64,000 nt of DNA from a virus. How positions within the stretch are numbered: the first letter of the stretch is position 1; every line of letters starts with the position of its first letter. This document shows positions 8,011 through 19,900 of this stretch, in pieces. The notes below the pieces were generated by a model. The model made no database searches. It was not told the DNA's origin and was given only the letters and a program-made list of their open reading frames with translations. A program made the translations under genes and the position numbers. Where the stretch lies: positions 46,969 through 110,968 of the IMG/VR virus record IMGVR_UViG_3300032313_000518; one strand, given 5' to 3'.

Positions 8011-10158
8011 ATGTCTTGGGACACATTTAAAGAAACTATATTAATAGTTGCAAACAATCCTAAAAGTATACCTGATAGAAATACTGTTGCAAAACTTTAT
8101 GCAAATGCATATGATACTGCTATAAAAAATGGAGGAGATACTAAAAACCAAACCCGTTTAATTAAAGGTAATGTTGAAAGTATGAGAGTAGCGTTTTTAG
8201 CTGCATTGGAAAAGGGTGTTACAACCTATGGACCTTATGATTTAGTTGCTCAAATGGGAGATGGTGTTAAGGCATATTGGGCAAATGCTACAATGGATAA
8301 GTATCCGGTTCCAATTGAATTACCCAATGGTGCGGTTGCCAACATAAACATTGTAGAAAATAACATAATTGAGGTAGGTGAGTGGTTAGAACCACTATCA
8401 ACACCATCTGCACCAAAGCCAGCAAATACACCACCTCCTGCACCAAAACAAAACCCAAAACCTTCCGATGATTATAATTTAAGAAAAATGTTGGATGATG
8501 CTGGTTATGCGGCCATAAAAAAATATGAAGATGAGGATGGTTGTGTTTCTTTAATAAGTGGTAAAACGGGATTGCAACTTACGGATTATAAAAAAGTTGG
8601 ATGTGGTGGGTATAACCCTGGACAAGATGCTCAAGAAAGAATTATAAAAGAAAGAATAAAAAATGTATTAGGATTTGATGTTTGGGCTAAAATACCACCC
8701 ATATTTAGAATGCAAATATATTCATTTATGTATAATGCCGATTCTACTGCAGATACGGCAACTGTAAAGGGTGACAAATTCAGATGGATTGCTGGCTTGT
8801 TGCAGGCAGCAAAAAATGAAACATCTCAATATAGAGCAAGCGTTAGAACGAATCAAATAATAAGAGATTTTGAAATACCTTATTTGAAAACATTAACAAC
8901 TGCTGATTTTCAAAAAATCTATCCAACTTATCTTAAAGTTTTAGATGAGATGTACAAAGCCATTAGTGATGCTGAGTTACAATCGTTAGCAAATAAAACA
9001 ACAAATGCAGAAAAAGCATTAGTTGTAAAGAAAGCATCAGGTTATAATCTTACTTGGAAAGATAGACCTTCTAAAATTCAAACACATTACGAATCCTCTA
9101 TTTTTGGAAAAAAAGATAAATCACCGCAAGAAGTTGGACAAACTAATGACCCATCGAAACAAACAACGGAAGAACCAACATCTAATATTCCATTAAAATC
9201 AGGTCCTATTCCACCAACAAATAATACTTCACTATTTGTTGATTATTTTATAAGAACCGCAATTGACCATTTAAATACAATAAAAGGAATAATTATTACA
9301 CAATCAAGTTATGGTATAATTAATGGACCTGGTGTATTAAATTGGAAAGGATATACGGTAAAAGGTACTGTTCAGACAAGACAAATTATTTCAGTTGGTG
9401 ATTTTACAGACAAATTAAAAGATTATTTAATATCTCAAGGTATTGTAGAAACAGAAGAAATAGTAGATGAAAATTCAGATGAAAAGGGAGGTGATGCCGT
9501 AACCTACACAAAATATAAAGGAGGAAGCAAACAACAAAAAAATGCAATGGCAAGTGCACTATTAAATGTACACAAAATCGGTACATATACAGATTATAAA
9601 GATTGGAAACAACCAAAGGGTAAAAATAATTTTTCAGTAGGATTTGATGTGGGACTTTGTGCTCAATGGACATTTAATATAGCTAAAAATTATGTTTTTT
9701 ATCTTAATGGGTTTGGTTCAAAATCAGATGGTCCTGCTTATAGAGCAGGTGCTAATGCAAATGAACGTGGATACTGGACTTCATTAAAATTTTTAGGTTA
9801 TAGATTGGATATTGATACTACGTTTGAATCCAAAGCACCTTTAGTAGCATTATTATCAGATGCTGAAAAATTTAATATAGGTGATGTTGCTGTATATTTT
9901 GGAACAGATGGTATAGAATTACCAGGTCATACACAAATATTTACAGGTGGATATGGTAGCGATTATCCTAAAGCCGGATATGGTACAGCAGCACCCAATC
10001 GTCCCAAGAAAAAATATTTAGAAAAGGGAGGGTGGGATAATGTTTCAAATTGGGAAACTGATGCTTACAACAACTATGGGAGTTCAATGGTTTATAGAAG
10101 TAAATCCAGTTCATCAAAAACTTGGAGATTATTGATATTTAGAGCACCATCCAAATAA
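8011..10158 (+). CDS. Tail/baseplate-associated protein with C-terminal CHAP/NlpC-like peptidoglycan hydrolase domain
   Basis: GLCAQW...GANAN...GDVAVY...GHTQIF Cys-His pattern; position between gp5-like gene and gp25. Confidence 0.55.
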   Translation: MSWDTFKETILIVANNPKSIPDRNTVAKLYANAYDTAIKNGGDTKNQTRLIKGNVESMRVAFLAALEKGVTTYGPYDLVAQMGDGVKAYWANATMDKYPVPIELPNGAVANINIVENNIIEVGEWLEPLSTPSAPKPANTPPPAPKQNPKPSDDYNLRKMLDDAGYAAIKKYEDEDGCVSLISGKTGLQLTDYKKVGCGGYNPGQDAQERIIKERIKNVLGFDVWAKIPPIFRMQIYSFMYNADSTADTATVKGDKFRWIAGLLQAAKNETSQYRASVRTNQIIRDFEIPYLKTLTTADFQKIYPTYLKVLDEMYKAISDAELQSLANKTTNAEKALVVKKASGYNLTWKDRPSKIQTHYESSIFGKKDKSPQEVGQTNDPSKQTTEEPTSNIPLKSGPIPPTNNTSLFVDYFIRTAIDHLNTIKGIIITQSSYGIINGPGVLNWKGYTVKGTVQTRQIISVGDFTDKLKDYLISQGIVETEEIVDENSDEKGGDAVTYTKYKGGSKQQKNAMASALLNVHKIGTYTDYKDWKQPKGKNNFSVGFDVGLCAQWTFNIAKNYVFYLNGFGSKSDGPAYRAGANANERGYWTSLKFLGYRLDIDTTFESKAPLVALLSDAEKFNIGDVAVYFGTDGIELPGHTQIFTGGYGSDYPKAGYGTAAPNRPKKKYLEKGGWDNVSNWETDAYNNYGSSMVYRSKSSSSKTWRLLIFRAPSK

Positions 10159-10181
10159 ATCCCAAAAATAAACAATTTAAA

Positions 10182-10189
10182 TATTTATA
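10182..10189 (+). promoter_or_regulatory. Putative late promoter TATTTATA
   Basis: Octamer 24 nt before ATG 10214. Confidence 0.65.
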
Positions 10190-10213
10190 TTAACAACAAC
10201 GAAAGATAATCAA

Positions 10214-10720
10214 ATGAATACGGATAAATTATTAAAAGCTATTCAAATTCTTATCAAAGAGGAGTTAAAACAACAACTCCCTGCTTTGATTAAAGAAGGA
10301 GTAAAAGCGGAAATGAAAAAGGTTTTAGCGGAAGGAAATACTAAACCGCAACCTAAAAAAGAAAGTGAAGGTTTTTCAATGGCTAAAGCAATATTGGGAG
10401 ATGATACTATTAAAGAATCGCTTGAAACTAAAGTAGTATCAAACAAACAATTTAGTAAAAACCCAATGATTAACCAAATTCTAAATGAAACTGCAATGGC
10501 TCCTGTGAGCAACGATGGCGGATTTAGAACAATGAATTTTGGACAGGGTGATATGGGGTCTGTTGTAGGTAGAACCGCAGTAGCTGAAAAAATGGGATAT
10601 GGTGATTTAGCTAGAGGACCTCAACCAAGTGGATTGGGTGTTCAAACTGGAGTGCCTGAATTAGATAAAGCATTGAATAGAGATTATTCGGAATTAGTAA
10701 AACGATTTAATAAAAAATAA
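10214..10720 (+). CDS. Hypothetical phage protein with several (I/L)xE motifs
   Basis: 168-aa ORF coupled to gp25. Confidence 0.7.
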   Translation: MNTDKLLKAIQILIKEELKQQLPALIKEGVKAEMKKVLAEGNTKPQPKKESEGFSMAKAILGDDTIKESLETKVVSNKQFSKNPMINQILNETAMAPVSNDGGFRTMNFGQGDMGSVVGRTAVAEKMGYGDLARGPQPSGLGVQTGVPELDKALNRDYSELVKRFNKK

Positions 10721-11148
10721 TGGCAGTAATATTAGGTAAAAAATTAGTTAAAGATACTAAAAATTATAATGATTATGCAGTTGGTATAACATTGCCAATA
10801 CAAATTGGAAATACTGCATTTAATCAATCATTTAGTGTTACCGAACAAGTAAAATCTAATATTAAAAACTTACTATTAACAAAGAAATATGAAAGAGTTA
10901 TGCAACCTGAATTAGGAAGTGGATTGCAAGAACTTTTGTTTCAATTTAACAATGATGATTTGGCTGGGGATATTGAAGATACAATAGTAAACGCATTATC
11001 TTTGTGGCTTCCATATGTAACAGTTGATACTATATTGATTGAGCAGTCAAACGAATTAAAAGATATGAATTCATTAAATGTTTCTGTTAAATTTAAAATA
11101 TTAAATAATCCATCTCTTGAGGTAGTAACATTTAAAGTAAGGGTATAA
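10720..11148 (+). CDS. gp25: Baseplate wedge subunit, GPW/gp25 family
   Basis: QVKSNIKNLLLT..ERVMQPELGSGL..LLF...WLPYV. Confidence 0.9.
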   Translation: MAVILGKKLVKDTKNYNDYAVGITLPIQIGNTAFNQSFSVTEQVKSNIKNLLLTKKYERVMQPELGSGLQELLFQFNNDDLAGDIEDTIVNALSLWLPYVTVDTILIEQSNELKDMNSLNVSVKFKILNNPSLEVVTFKVRV

Positions 11149-11152
11149 TTAT

Positions 11153-13186
11153 ATGGCAATAACTACAACAAATAAAAACTTTAAAAATAAAGGAAAAGAT
11201 ATAAAATATCTTGGTAAAGATTTTACTAGCTTTAGAAGTAATTTAATAGAATTCGCTAAAACATATTTTCCTAAATCATATTCTGATTTTAATGAAACTT
11301 CACCAGGTATGATGTTTATTGAAATGGCGTCATATGTTGGTGATGTTCTTTCATATTATGTAGATGATACTTTTAAAGAATCATTAATGCCATATGCAGA
11401 AGATATTCAAAGTGTAATTGCATTATCTCAATTTTTAGGGTATAAACCAAAAGTAACGGCTCCTGCAATTACTGATATAGCTGTCTATCAATTAGTTCCA
11501 TCGATTGGTACCGGTACATCAAATATACCCGATTCAAAATATTATTTAAGAATAAAAGAAGGAATGGTTGTGGAATCAACCAATACTATTCAATTCAGAA
11601 CAACTAGTTTATTGGATTTTTCAGATTCAAATAATAGACAAATAACTGTTTACCAAAGAGATTCAAATACAGGAGAACCAACTTTTTATTTGGTAAAAAA
11701 ATACGTTCAGGTTATATCTGCAATACAAAAACAAGAAACTTTTACATTTGGTACATATCAACCATTTCAAACTATTGATTTGATTGATACGAATGTAATA
11801 CAAATATATGATGTAAGAGATTCTAATAATAACAAATATTATGAAGTTCCGTATTTAGGACAGGAGATGATATTTGTTGATGAACCAAATAATGAAATAA
11901 ACGATCCTGATTTGGTTCAATTTAAAGACACAGTACCTTATGTATTAAAAACTATAAAAACGCCAAAACGATTTGTAGCTAAAGTAAATCAAGATAGTAC
12001 AACTACATTACAATTTGGAGCAGGTGACCCATCTGCTAGTGATGAACAATTAATTCCAAATCTTAAAAACGTTGGATTGGGATTACCAAACTCTATTAGT
12101 AGATTAGAAGAATCATTTGACCCAACAAATTTCTTAAAAACAAAAACTTATGGTACATCTCCATCAAATACTAATATAATTGTTAAGTATTATGTAGGTG
12201 GTGGGGTTGAATCTAATGTAGCACAGCGTACTATAACAAAAATAGCATCTGTTGAATATGATGAAAATTCTTCAACATTTACAAATCAACAATTACCCGT
12301 TTATAATTCAATAAAAAAATCATTATCAGTTGATAATGAAATGCCTGCGGTTGGTGGTCGTGGTGGTGAAACCATAGAAGAAATTAGACAAAATGCATTA
12401 GCAAACTTTGGCGCACAAAATAGAGCAGTAACTGCACGAGATTATCAAGTAAGAGCATTATCTTTACCATCTAAATATGGTGGTATAGCTAAAGTATATG
12501 CAACTGCAGATGGTACATTAGATAATAATTCACCCGCATCTATATTATCATCACCAAATCATTTACAAGAGTTTACTGATTTAGTAATGAGTTTTGTAAA
12601 TAAACCTGACATACAAGAACCAACATCAGCTGTAGTTAAGCAAGAACTTACTAAATATTTAGTTGGTAAAGAATCTAATTTAAAAGAAAAAAATAATCCA
12701 TTTGCAATTAATCTTTATTTGTTGGGTTATAATTTAAACAATCAATTAACAAATTTAAATAGAGCAGTAAAGGAAAATCTTAAAACATACTTAAATGAAT
12801 ACAGAATAATGACCGATGCTATTAATATAAGTGACGGATTTGTTATTAATATAGGAATTGATTTTGAGATAATTACTTATAAAAATTATAATAAGAGTGA
12901 AGTTTTAACAAATGTAATTACTGAATTAAAAAATTATTTCAATATTGATAATTGGACATTTAATCAAACTATAAATTTAAGTGAGGTTGAGTTAATGATT
13001 GCAAATATAGAGGGAGTATCATCAGTACCAATGTTAAAAATAACAAATAAATGTGGTGGTAACTATTCAAGTAATTCATATAATATAGATGCGGCAACTA
13101 AAAGTAAGGTAGTATATCCATCGTTAGACCCATCGGTTTTTGAAGTTAAGTTTCCGGATTCAGACATTAAAGGAAGAGCAAAATAA
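11153..13186 (+). CDS. gp6: Baseplate wedge subunit gp6 (baseplate J-like)
   Basis: DF...L..F...YSDFNETSPGMMFIE, LQFG, GG...ET.EEIR.NA, QNRAVT..DY. Confidence 0.9.
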   Translation: MAITTTNKNFKNKGKDIKYLGKDFTSFRSNLIEFAKTYFPKSYSDFNETSPGMMFIEMASYVGDVLSYYVDDTFKESLMPYAEDIQSVIALSQFLGYKPKVTAPAITDIAVYQLVPSIGTGTSNIPDSKYYLRIKEGMVVESTNTIQFRTTSLLDFSDSNNRQITVYQRDSNTGEPTFYLVKKYVQVISAIQKQETFTFGTYQPFQTIDLIDTNVIQIYDVRDSNNNKYYEVPYLGQEMIFVDEPNNEINDPDLVQFKDTVPYVLKTIKTPKRFVAKVNQDSTTTLQFGAGDPSASDEQLIPNLKNVGLGLPNSISRLEESFDPTNFLKTKTYGTSPSNTNIIVKYYVGGGVESNVAQRTITKIASVEYDENSSTFTNQQLPVYNSIKKSLSVDNEMPAVGGRGGETIEEIRQNALANFGAQNRAVTARDYQVRALSLPSKYGGIAKVYATADGTLDNNSPASILSSPNHLQEFTDLVMSFVNKPDIQEPTSAVVKQELTKYLVGKESNLKEKNNPFAINLYLLGYNLNNQLTNLNRAVKENLKTYLNEYRIMTDAINISDGFVINIGIDFEIITYKNYNKSEVLTNVITELKNYFNIDNWTFNQTINLSEVELMIANIEGVSSVPMLKITNKCGGNYSSNSYNIDAATKSKVVYPSLDPSVFEVKFPDSDIKGRAK

Positions 13187-14256
13187 TGGCATACTATTTT
13201 TTAACAGCATCAAAAGATGCATCGGTTTATTTACAACAGCCTAACCAAAATACTGGGCTTGATGAAATATTAGAAATTAGTAAAGTTTATTATGGTAACA
13301 TAAAAGATGTTGCTAGAAGTATAATTAAATTTGATGTTGGATTTTTATCATCATCAATTTCAACCGGTACAATTGGATTGGATTCTGCTAATTTAATTTT
13401 AAGAGAAACTGAAAGTGAAGAACTTCCATTAGAATATACTATATATGCAAATCCACTTTCTGGAAGTTGGGATATGGGTATTGGTACACGATTTGATAAT
13501 GTATCTACGGCTGGTGTAACTTGGAATTACAGAGAGGGTGATACTAAAAAAGACTGGTTAGAAAATAATCTTAATTTAGGAACTGATGCCAATCCAAATA
13601 ATGGAACTGGTGGAACTTGGTGGACTGGTTATGGTGGTACTCAATCATATAGTTACCAAACAGCGGATATTAATATGGATGTTAAATCTATATTAAACGC
13701 ATGGATGAGTAGTTCTATTCCAAATGATGGATTTTTATTAAGATATTCCGATGTGGTTGAAAATAATACTGAAGATTATGGAATACTTAAATTTTTTAGT
13801 AAAGAAACACATACTATATATCAACCTAAAATTAGTATTGGGTGGAATGACCAATCATTTGTAACAGCTTCATTGACTGCTTTGACTTCCGAAGATATTA
13901 AAGTTAGTATATCTAATCTAAAAAAAGAATATAAATTAGGTAGTACTCCAAAATTAAGAATATTAGCTAGAGAACTATATCCATTAAAAACTTTTACAAA
14001 TACATTCGCTTATAATAGCGTTAAGTACTTACCACAAACAACATATTATCAGATAAAAGATTTTTCATCTGATGATGTAATAGTACCATTTTCGGACTAT
14101 TCAAAAGTAAGTTGTGATTCAAATGGAAATTATATAAATTTAAATCTTTCAAATTGGGAGGCTAATAGAACATATAAAATAGAATTTAAAATTGAACAAA
14201 ATGGTGGTGTTCAATATTTTGATAATAGTATAACATTTGATATAGTCAAATACTAA
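13186..14256 (+). CDS. Virion structural protein (DNRLRE/disaggregatase-like domain)
   Basis: KDASVY...NTGLDEILEI, RSIIKFD, W..G, FFSKE...PK pattern. Confidence 0.6.
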   Translation: MAYYFLTASKDASVYLQQPNQNTGLDEILEISKVYYGNIKDVARSIIKFDVGFLSSSISTGTIGLDSANLILRETESEELPLEYTIYANPLSGSWDMGIGTRFDNVSTAGVTWNYREGDTKKDWLENNLNLGTDANPNNGTGGTWWTGYGGTQSYSYQTADINMDVKSILNAWMSSSIPNDGFLLRYSDVVENNTEDYGILKFFSKETHTIYQPKISIGWNDQSFVTASLTALTSEDIKVSISNLKKEYKLGSTPKLRILARELYPLKTFTNTFAYNSVKYLPQTTYYQIKDFSSDDVIVPFSDYSKVSCDSNGNYINLNLSNWEANRTYKIEFKIEQNGGVQYFDNSITFDIVKY

Positions 14257-14258
14257 AA

Positions 14259-15263
14259 ATGGTAGTAGACACTAGTGGTTTAAAAAACGAACAAAAAATT
14301 AAAGAACTTTTAATTAAAGGTTCTGAAGCAATCACGACTAAAAATGATTTTGGTGTTCATATATTTAGTGGTTCTGCTATGGATGATGGAATCATATCTG
14401 CCAAACTACAAAAACCAAAATATGATAATTCTGAAATTCAAAAAACAGTCGATGTTCGAATAATAGAATTATTACCCCCATCCACTCCTGATGTTCCTGA
14501 TACTGTTTTGAGAAGCGTATATAATCCCGTAACTCAATCTGTAATAGATTTAACTTTTCAAGTTCAAACATTAAATGGTATTGTAAGTAATTTAACTGCA
14601 AAAGTTAAAGAAATAGAAATAGTTTCTCAAAGTTTAAAAATTGATATTGATTCAAAGGAATTAATAGTTGCAACTGCACAAAATCAAACCACACAAACAA
14701 ATACAAAGATATCAACAACTGTTATTAATTTGCAAAATGCAATACAAAAAGCAACTAACGAAGCACTACAAAGAGTTTCACTTTTTGCAAGAAATCAATC
14801 GTTGCAAACGGAAAATGAAAATTTAAAAGACCAATTATTTGGAAAAGCTGCAAAAATAGCAGAAGGAGCTAAAGTTGGGCAAGATTTCTCTGTTAAATCA
14901 ATTGCTAAATCTGATACAAATTTAGGTGATTTGGCATTTACTGCAAAGTGGGATGGTAATGGTGGTGTAACATGGATAAATGGGCCGGATATTGAAGTAT
15001 ATAATTTTACAAAAGATGCAATAACATTATCATTTTTTCCAAGCGGACAAGTTGGTGATGTATTCTACACTCCAAGTTCAGTAACGTTACAACCATCCGA
15101 AACTAAAATTGTAAAAATAGCAACAAAACCAAATGTTATATCTGATAAACCACCAAGAAGTGCTAATCAAGGTGATGTTACTTATACAGCTGCATTAACT
15201 GTTAAATCAAAAACATCATCAGCTACACTATCAGCTACATTTAAGAAAATAGGATTTGTATAA
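14259..15263 (+). CDS. Hypothetical virion protein (coiled coil plus Ig-like C-terminus)
   Basis: 334-aa ORF within the baseplate operon. Confidence 0.6.
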   Translation: MVVDTSGLKNEQKIKELLIKGSEAITTKNDFGVHIFSGSAMDDGIISAKLQKPKYDNSEIQKTVDVRIIELLPPSTPDVPDTVLRSVYNPVTQSVIDLTFQVQTLNGIVSNLTAKVKEIEIVSQSLKIDIDSKELIVATAQNQTTQTNTKISTTVINLQNAIQKATNEALQRVSLFARNQSLQTENENLKDQLFGKAAKIAEGAKVGQDFSVKSIAKSDTNLGDLAFTAKWDGNGGVTWINGPDIEVYNFTKDAITLSFFPSGQVGDVFYTPSSVTLQPSETKIVKIATKPNVISDKPPRSANQGDVTYTAALTVKSKTSSATLSATFKKIGFV

Positions 15264-15274
15264 ATTAAAATAAA

Positions 15275-16885
15275 ATGGCATTACAAACATTTAAGGAGGT
15301 AATACAAAACAAAGGATATAGAATTAGTTCTAAAGATAGACAAATTTTTGAAAAAGAAAATTTGCAATCTTTCTTTGGATTAAGTGATTCTGATGTAATT
15401 GAATTTGTAGTTTATGATGCAAACGATAATCAATTATCACAAGCTAATTATGGATTGGTTAGATATATAAAATTATCAACCCAAAATATTAAAGATTATA
15501 TCTTAATTCCAACTGGTACTGTTTTTCAAAAATACAAATTCCCAAAAGAATATTTTATTGATGTAGAACGATTACTTAAAGAAGCTGGATATACAAATGG
15601 TATATTTAAAACACAAGTAACATTATTAAATAAAAGGGTTGGTAGTGGTGAAGAACCAAATAATAAATTATGGATTTCCGAAATATCACCATCTAGAACA
15701 GAGATAAGATTATATCCTCTTAAAAAAGGTTTAGAAGAACATGCTGATTTGCAAGAAAGATTTAATATATTTACAAATAATAAAAATTTTAGAGAGGATA
15801 CTATATACAATATATCTACTTTTTTAGAAAAAATAAAAGCCGATTATATAACCGAACTTATTAAAAATAAATATACGGCAAAATGGTTTGATACATTAAG
15901 AGCTGAATTTAAAATAGCAAATTTTGATGAATTTGCTACAAAGATAAGAAATGTATTTGTACAAGCATCTGAATATGAATTTTCTAATAGATTTTCAACA
16001 ATAGGACAGCCTAATTATGGACAGGTAAAATCAACTAAACAAAATTTAGATTTATCTGTATTGGATATAACAAATACTTGTAAAAGAATTTTAACAGAAG
16101 TTATAAGTCATTATTTATTGTATCCTGATGTTAAAACAAAAGCAACTTTTGATTATGGATTTAATGTAAGTAATGATTATGTTACATCCGTATTACAAAG
16201 AAATGAAAGTGATACTGTGATAAATACGTTATTTCCGGTTCTTAGACAAACTACTATTTTAAAAGCTCCTGCTACTCCATTGGATACGGCTGTAACAAAG
16301 GAAGACCCAAGTAAACCAGCAGGTCCTGTTATTATAATAGAACAACCAAATCCAGAAAAACCAAAAACACCAGGCACAAATAATCCATACGATGGACAAA
16401 TTGATAAACCAAGCGATGCACCGCAAAGACCAAAACCACCGGTAGGAGGACCTCCAAAAGCAAATCCAATCGAAACCGACCCATTTGGAAATCCGACAGG
16501 TGGAGTTGCTGATCCTGTTCCACCACTTGGTGGCGGTGGAAATACTATTCCACCGGAGGGTGGAGCAACTACAAATCCATTGGAGGAAAATCCCGATGGA
16601 ACTTTAACTGGTGGAGGAACTACTCCTACTGATATACCTACTGCGGGTGGGGGAACTACTGGTGCACCAACCAATCCTTTTGCTGGAATTTATATACCTC
16701 CTATTCAAATAGCAATAGGTCCGCAAATACCTAATATTCCAAACCCACCATATGATGATAATCCGGTAATTACTGTACCTCCTGATAGTAATCCATATAT
16801 TGATAATCCATTTACAAATCCTAGTGATTTAGGTGCAAGTCCAGTAGATGGTGGTTTGGGATATGATGGATATTTTGGAAGTTAA
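15275..16885 (+). CDS. Baseplate-region structural protein with Pro/Gly-rich C-terminal tail
   Basis: LWISEISPSRTEIRL motif; low-complexity C-terminal third. Confidence 0.6.
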   Translation: MALQTFKEVIQNKGYRISSKDRQIFEKENLQSFFGLSDSDVIEFVVYDANDNQLSQANYGLVRYIKLSTQNIKDYILIPTGTVFQKYKFPKEYFIDVERLLKEAGYTNGIFKTQVTLLNKRVGSGEEPNNKLWISEISPSRTEIRLYPLKKGLEEHADLQERFNIFTNNKNFREDTIYNISTFLEKIKADYITELIKNKYTAKWFDTLRAEFKIANFDEFATKIRNVFVQASEYEFSNRFSTIGQPNYGQVKSTKQNLDLSVLDITNTCKRILTEVISHYLLYPDVKTKATFDYGFNVSNDYVTSVLQRNESDTVINTLFPVLRQTTILKAPATPLDTAVTKEDPSKPAGPVIIIEQPNPEKPKTPGTNNPYDGQIDKPSDAPQRPKPPVGGPPKANPIETDPFGNPTGGVADPVPPLGGGGNTIPPEGGATTNPLEENPDGTLTGGGTTPTDIPTAGGGTTGAPTNPFAGIYIPPIQIAIGPQIPNIPNPPYDDNPVITVPPDSNPYIDNPFTNPSDLGASPVDGGLGYDGYFGS

Positions 16886-16893
16886 AAAAAATA

Positions 16894-16901
16894 TATTTAT
16901 A
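16894..16901 (+). promoter_or_regulatory. Putative late promoter TATTTATA
   Basis: Octamer 26 nt before ATG 16928. Confidence 0.65.
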
Positions 16902-16927
16902 AAGTAATAACACATAAGAAATAACAA

Positions 16928-19900
16928 ATGCTAACAGAAGCAGAAAAAGCCGAAGCAAAACTAATTGGTCTTACAGAAGAACAATACCTAATGTTAAAAA
17001 AAAATAACACATTAGAATTGTATAAAGCTGCAGGTAATTTAGCAGATATTGGTAAAAAAATATCATCGGGTGAAATTAATTTGTTTCCTAATGGGTTAAA
17101 TATACCATTACAATTGTCAGCATTACAATTTGGTGATACTGTAATGCCATCTTATACTGTAGTTGAATATCCAGATGGTAGACCTCCTTTTATTTATAAT
17201 TCAGCAAACCCATACAACGTACCAAAAAGCGAGAAAGAATGGAAAGACATATTAAAAGGTGCAATATCTGCTAAAAATGATTTAACTGGTGATATACCAT
17301 TACCACCGGTGGACCCAACTGATTTAAATTTACCAGAAAATACTATATTTACTGTATTTGTTGCATTAAATGGGGCTAATAATTCTGCAGCTTTTATTAA
17401 AGGTGGTGAAACGTTTAGATTAAAACAAGGTTTAAATGAAATAAAAGTAGATGTTGGTACAAAACTTACATTTATAAGTGCTGACCAAAAACTATATAAC
17501 GTATCGGAAATAAATGTAGTATCCGCTAATGTAAAGAAAAATGTAAAATCATCAAAAACTACTCCAATTATTACATGTGAAATTACTGTGAATGGGGTTT
17601 ACAATGTAGATATTTATACGGAATCGAATACAGTAACTCAAACTACAAATCTTATTTTACCTGAAATAAAATTAGGAAACTCCGAATTAAAACGCTACAA
17701 TATAAATACTGATACTGGAATACCAATTGGTATTATTAAAATAGGTAAAGTTGAGCAAGTAACGGCATACATAAATCGAAAATCTTATAAATTTACAAAT
17801 TTAGGCACAGAAACAAATGCAGTAATTGTAATACCTGATTCTGCATTTACACAAGTTGGAAGCTATAAAACTATTTTAGTTCCTTATAATTCAAGTGTAG
17901 GTGATGGTAATGCGTTAGAATTTCAAATTAGTGCGGTTGAGGAAATGAATGTGGGTACGCCTGATATACGAAACATAACATTCCCATCAGTATTATATGG
18001 ACCAGATTATGTTGGTACGGATGTTGATTTTCAAATTTCTTATGATTCTGTTGATACTGATTTTGTACGAATAAAAAAATTAGGAGGAACATCTTATATT
18101 CAAGTAACCAAAGCTGGAACTGTTGATTTAAATTTTAAAAAATTATTAGAATTAGATGGTACGCAAATTTCGGAAGATGAAGATAAAATACGTCTTAGTT
18201 TAGTTTTAACTCCATATAATGTAAGTGGATATAAAGTATTAACAGGACTGGGAGAAAGAATTTCAATTAACTTTGATAAAGGTAATTTAACAATACCAAG
18301 ATCAGTAGCTATCAATAGAATTGCGGAAGCATTTACTTCTCAATTTGATGATAGTATATTTGTAGATGAAACTTCAAAATACCTTACTCACTTATTACAC
18401 TTAGGTAATGGTGATAATAAAGTAATTACAACTTGGGTTGGTAGTCAAAATTCTTTAATTGTAAAATTATATGAACCACTATCAACTACCATACAAACAA
18501 ATAGACAAGTTTGGATTTCAAAAGTTCAATCAAATCCAATTGTTGAAACCGTAACTTTAAATGAAACTGTACAAAATGTATGTACACCATTAAAAGGACC
18601 TAATTTTTCATTAGAGCCTGATAATGGAATTGGGTATAAAGTATTTAATGATTTAATTGGTAGTGGTTCTAATACTTCAAATGATTTAGTAACAAAATAT
18701 TTAGAAACATCTGGTATTGATACTACTAAATTAAGTATAGCTTACGCAAGTGGTTCATCTACATCAGCCGAATATTTGTTTACTAATTTTGTAAACTTTA
18801 GTTCTGCTGAAGAAAGAGTTAATAATTTCTTTTATAAAATACAATTATTACAAAATTATAAAACCAGATATTCCGAATTAATAGCAGATACATTTATATC
18901 ACCATATGAAGATGTTGATGCAACCATATTAACAGAAGATGGATTGTTTAAAACAGTTACTGAAGATGGTATTTTTGAAATTAACTGGGAAATTTTTCAA
19001 TATAAAGGTGTTGCTCAATTAGAAGAAGCAAAAATTTTATTAAATACAATAAATGGTATAATTAAAGGATTTGATGGATTTGAAAATTGGTTATATACAG
19101 ATACCACATATACAACATTATCGTACCCAAAAACAACATATACTCATCCTATAACAGGCTTAACAACAAACATTATCAAACCAACAACTGATAATGATGT
19201 AATTAGTTGGTATGAATATATTATAGATGTTTGTGCTGAATTTGATAAATACAATCCAAATTATTTAGTAAATAATATACCAACATTTATAAGCGAAGAC
19301 TATGATAACAGTGATTTCATAGTGTTCTTAGATATGATTGGGCAGCATTTTGATATTATTTGGGTGTACATAAATGCTCTAAAAGGAAATAAAATATTAG
19401 AAGAAAAACAAATAAAAGGGGTTACTAATAAATTTATTTACAACCTATTGGAATCAATGGGTTGGGAAGGTAAGCGAGCGTTTGATTCGGAGTTTTTATG
19501 GGAATATGTATTTGGAACTAATAAAGAAGGTTTTCAAAAATATTCAATGCCATTAGAAGATGCAAACAATCAAGTTTGGAGAAGAATCTTAAACAATCTA
19601 CCATATCTATTAAAACATAAAGGAACATCAAGAGCTATGAAAGCTGTAATGGCTTGTTATGGCGTACCCCAATCCATGTTGACGATAATGGAATTTGGTG
19701 GACCTCAAGACCCAACCAAAAGTGGTAGTACTAAATTTACATTTGATGATAGAACTGCTGCAATTAAATTAAAAAATGATTCATCTGTTGTTGTACCTTG
19801 GAAATCGGTAAATGGTTCATACCCTAAAAGTATTGAATTCAGAATAAAACCTGATAGTGTAAAAAATACTAGAATAATATCAAGTTCTCAATTCTATTTA

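Noticed and set aside
16177-16674. 165-aa minus-strand ORF
   Set aside because: Antisense shadow of a Pro/Gly-rich coding region; no promoter motif or recognisable domain.
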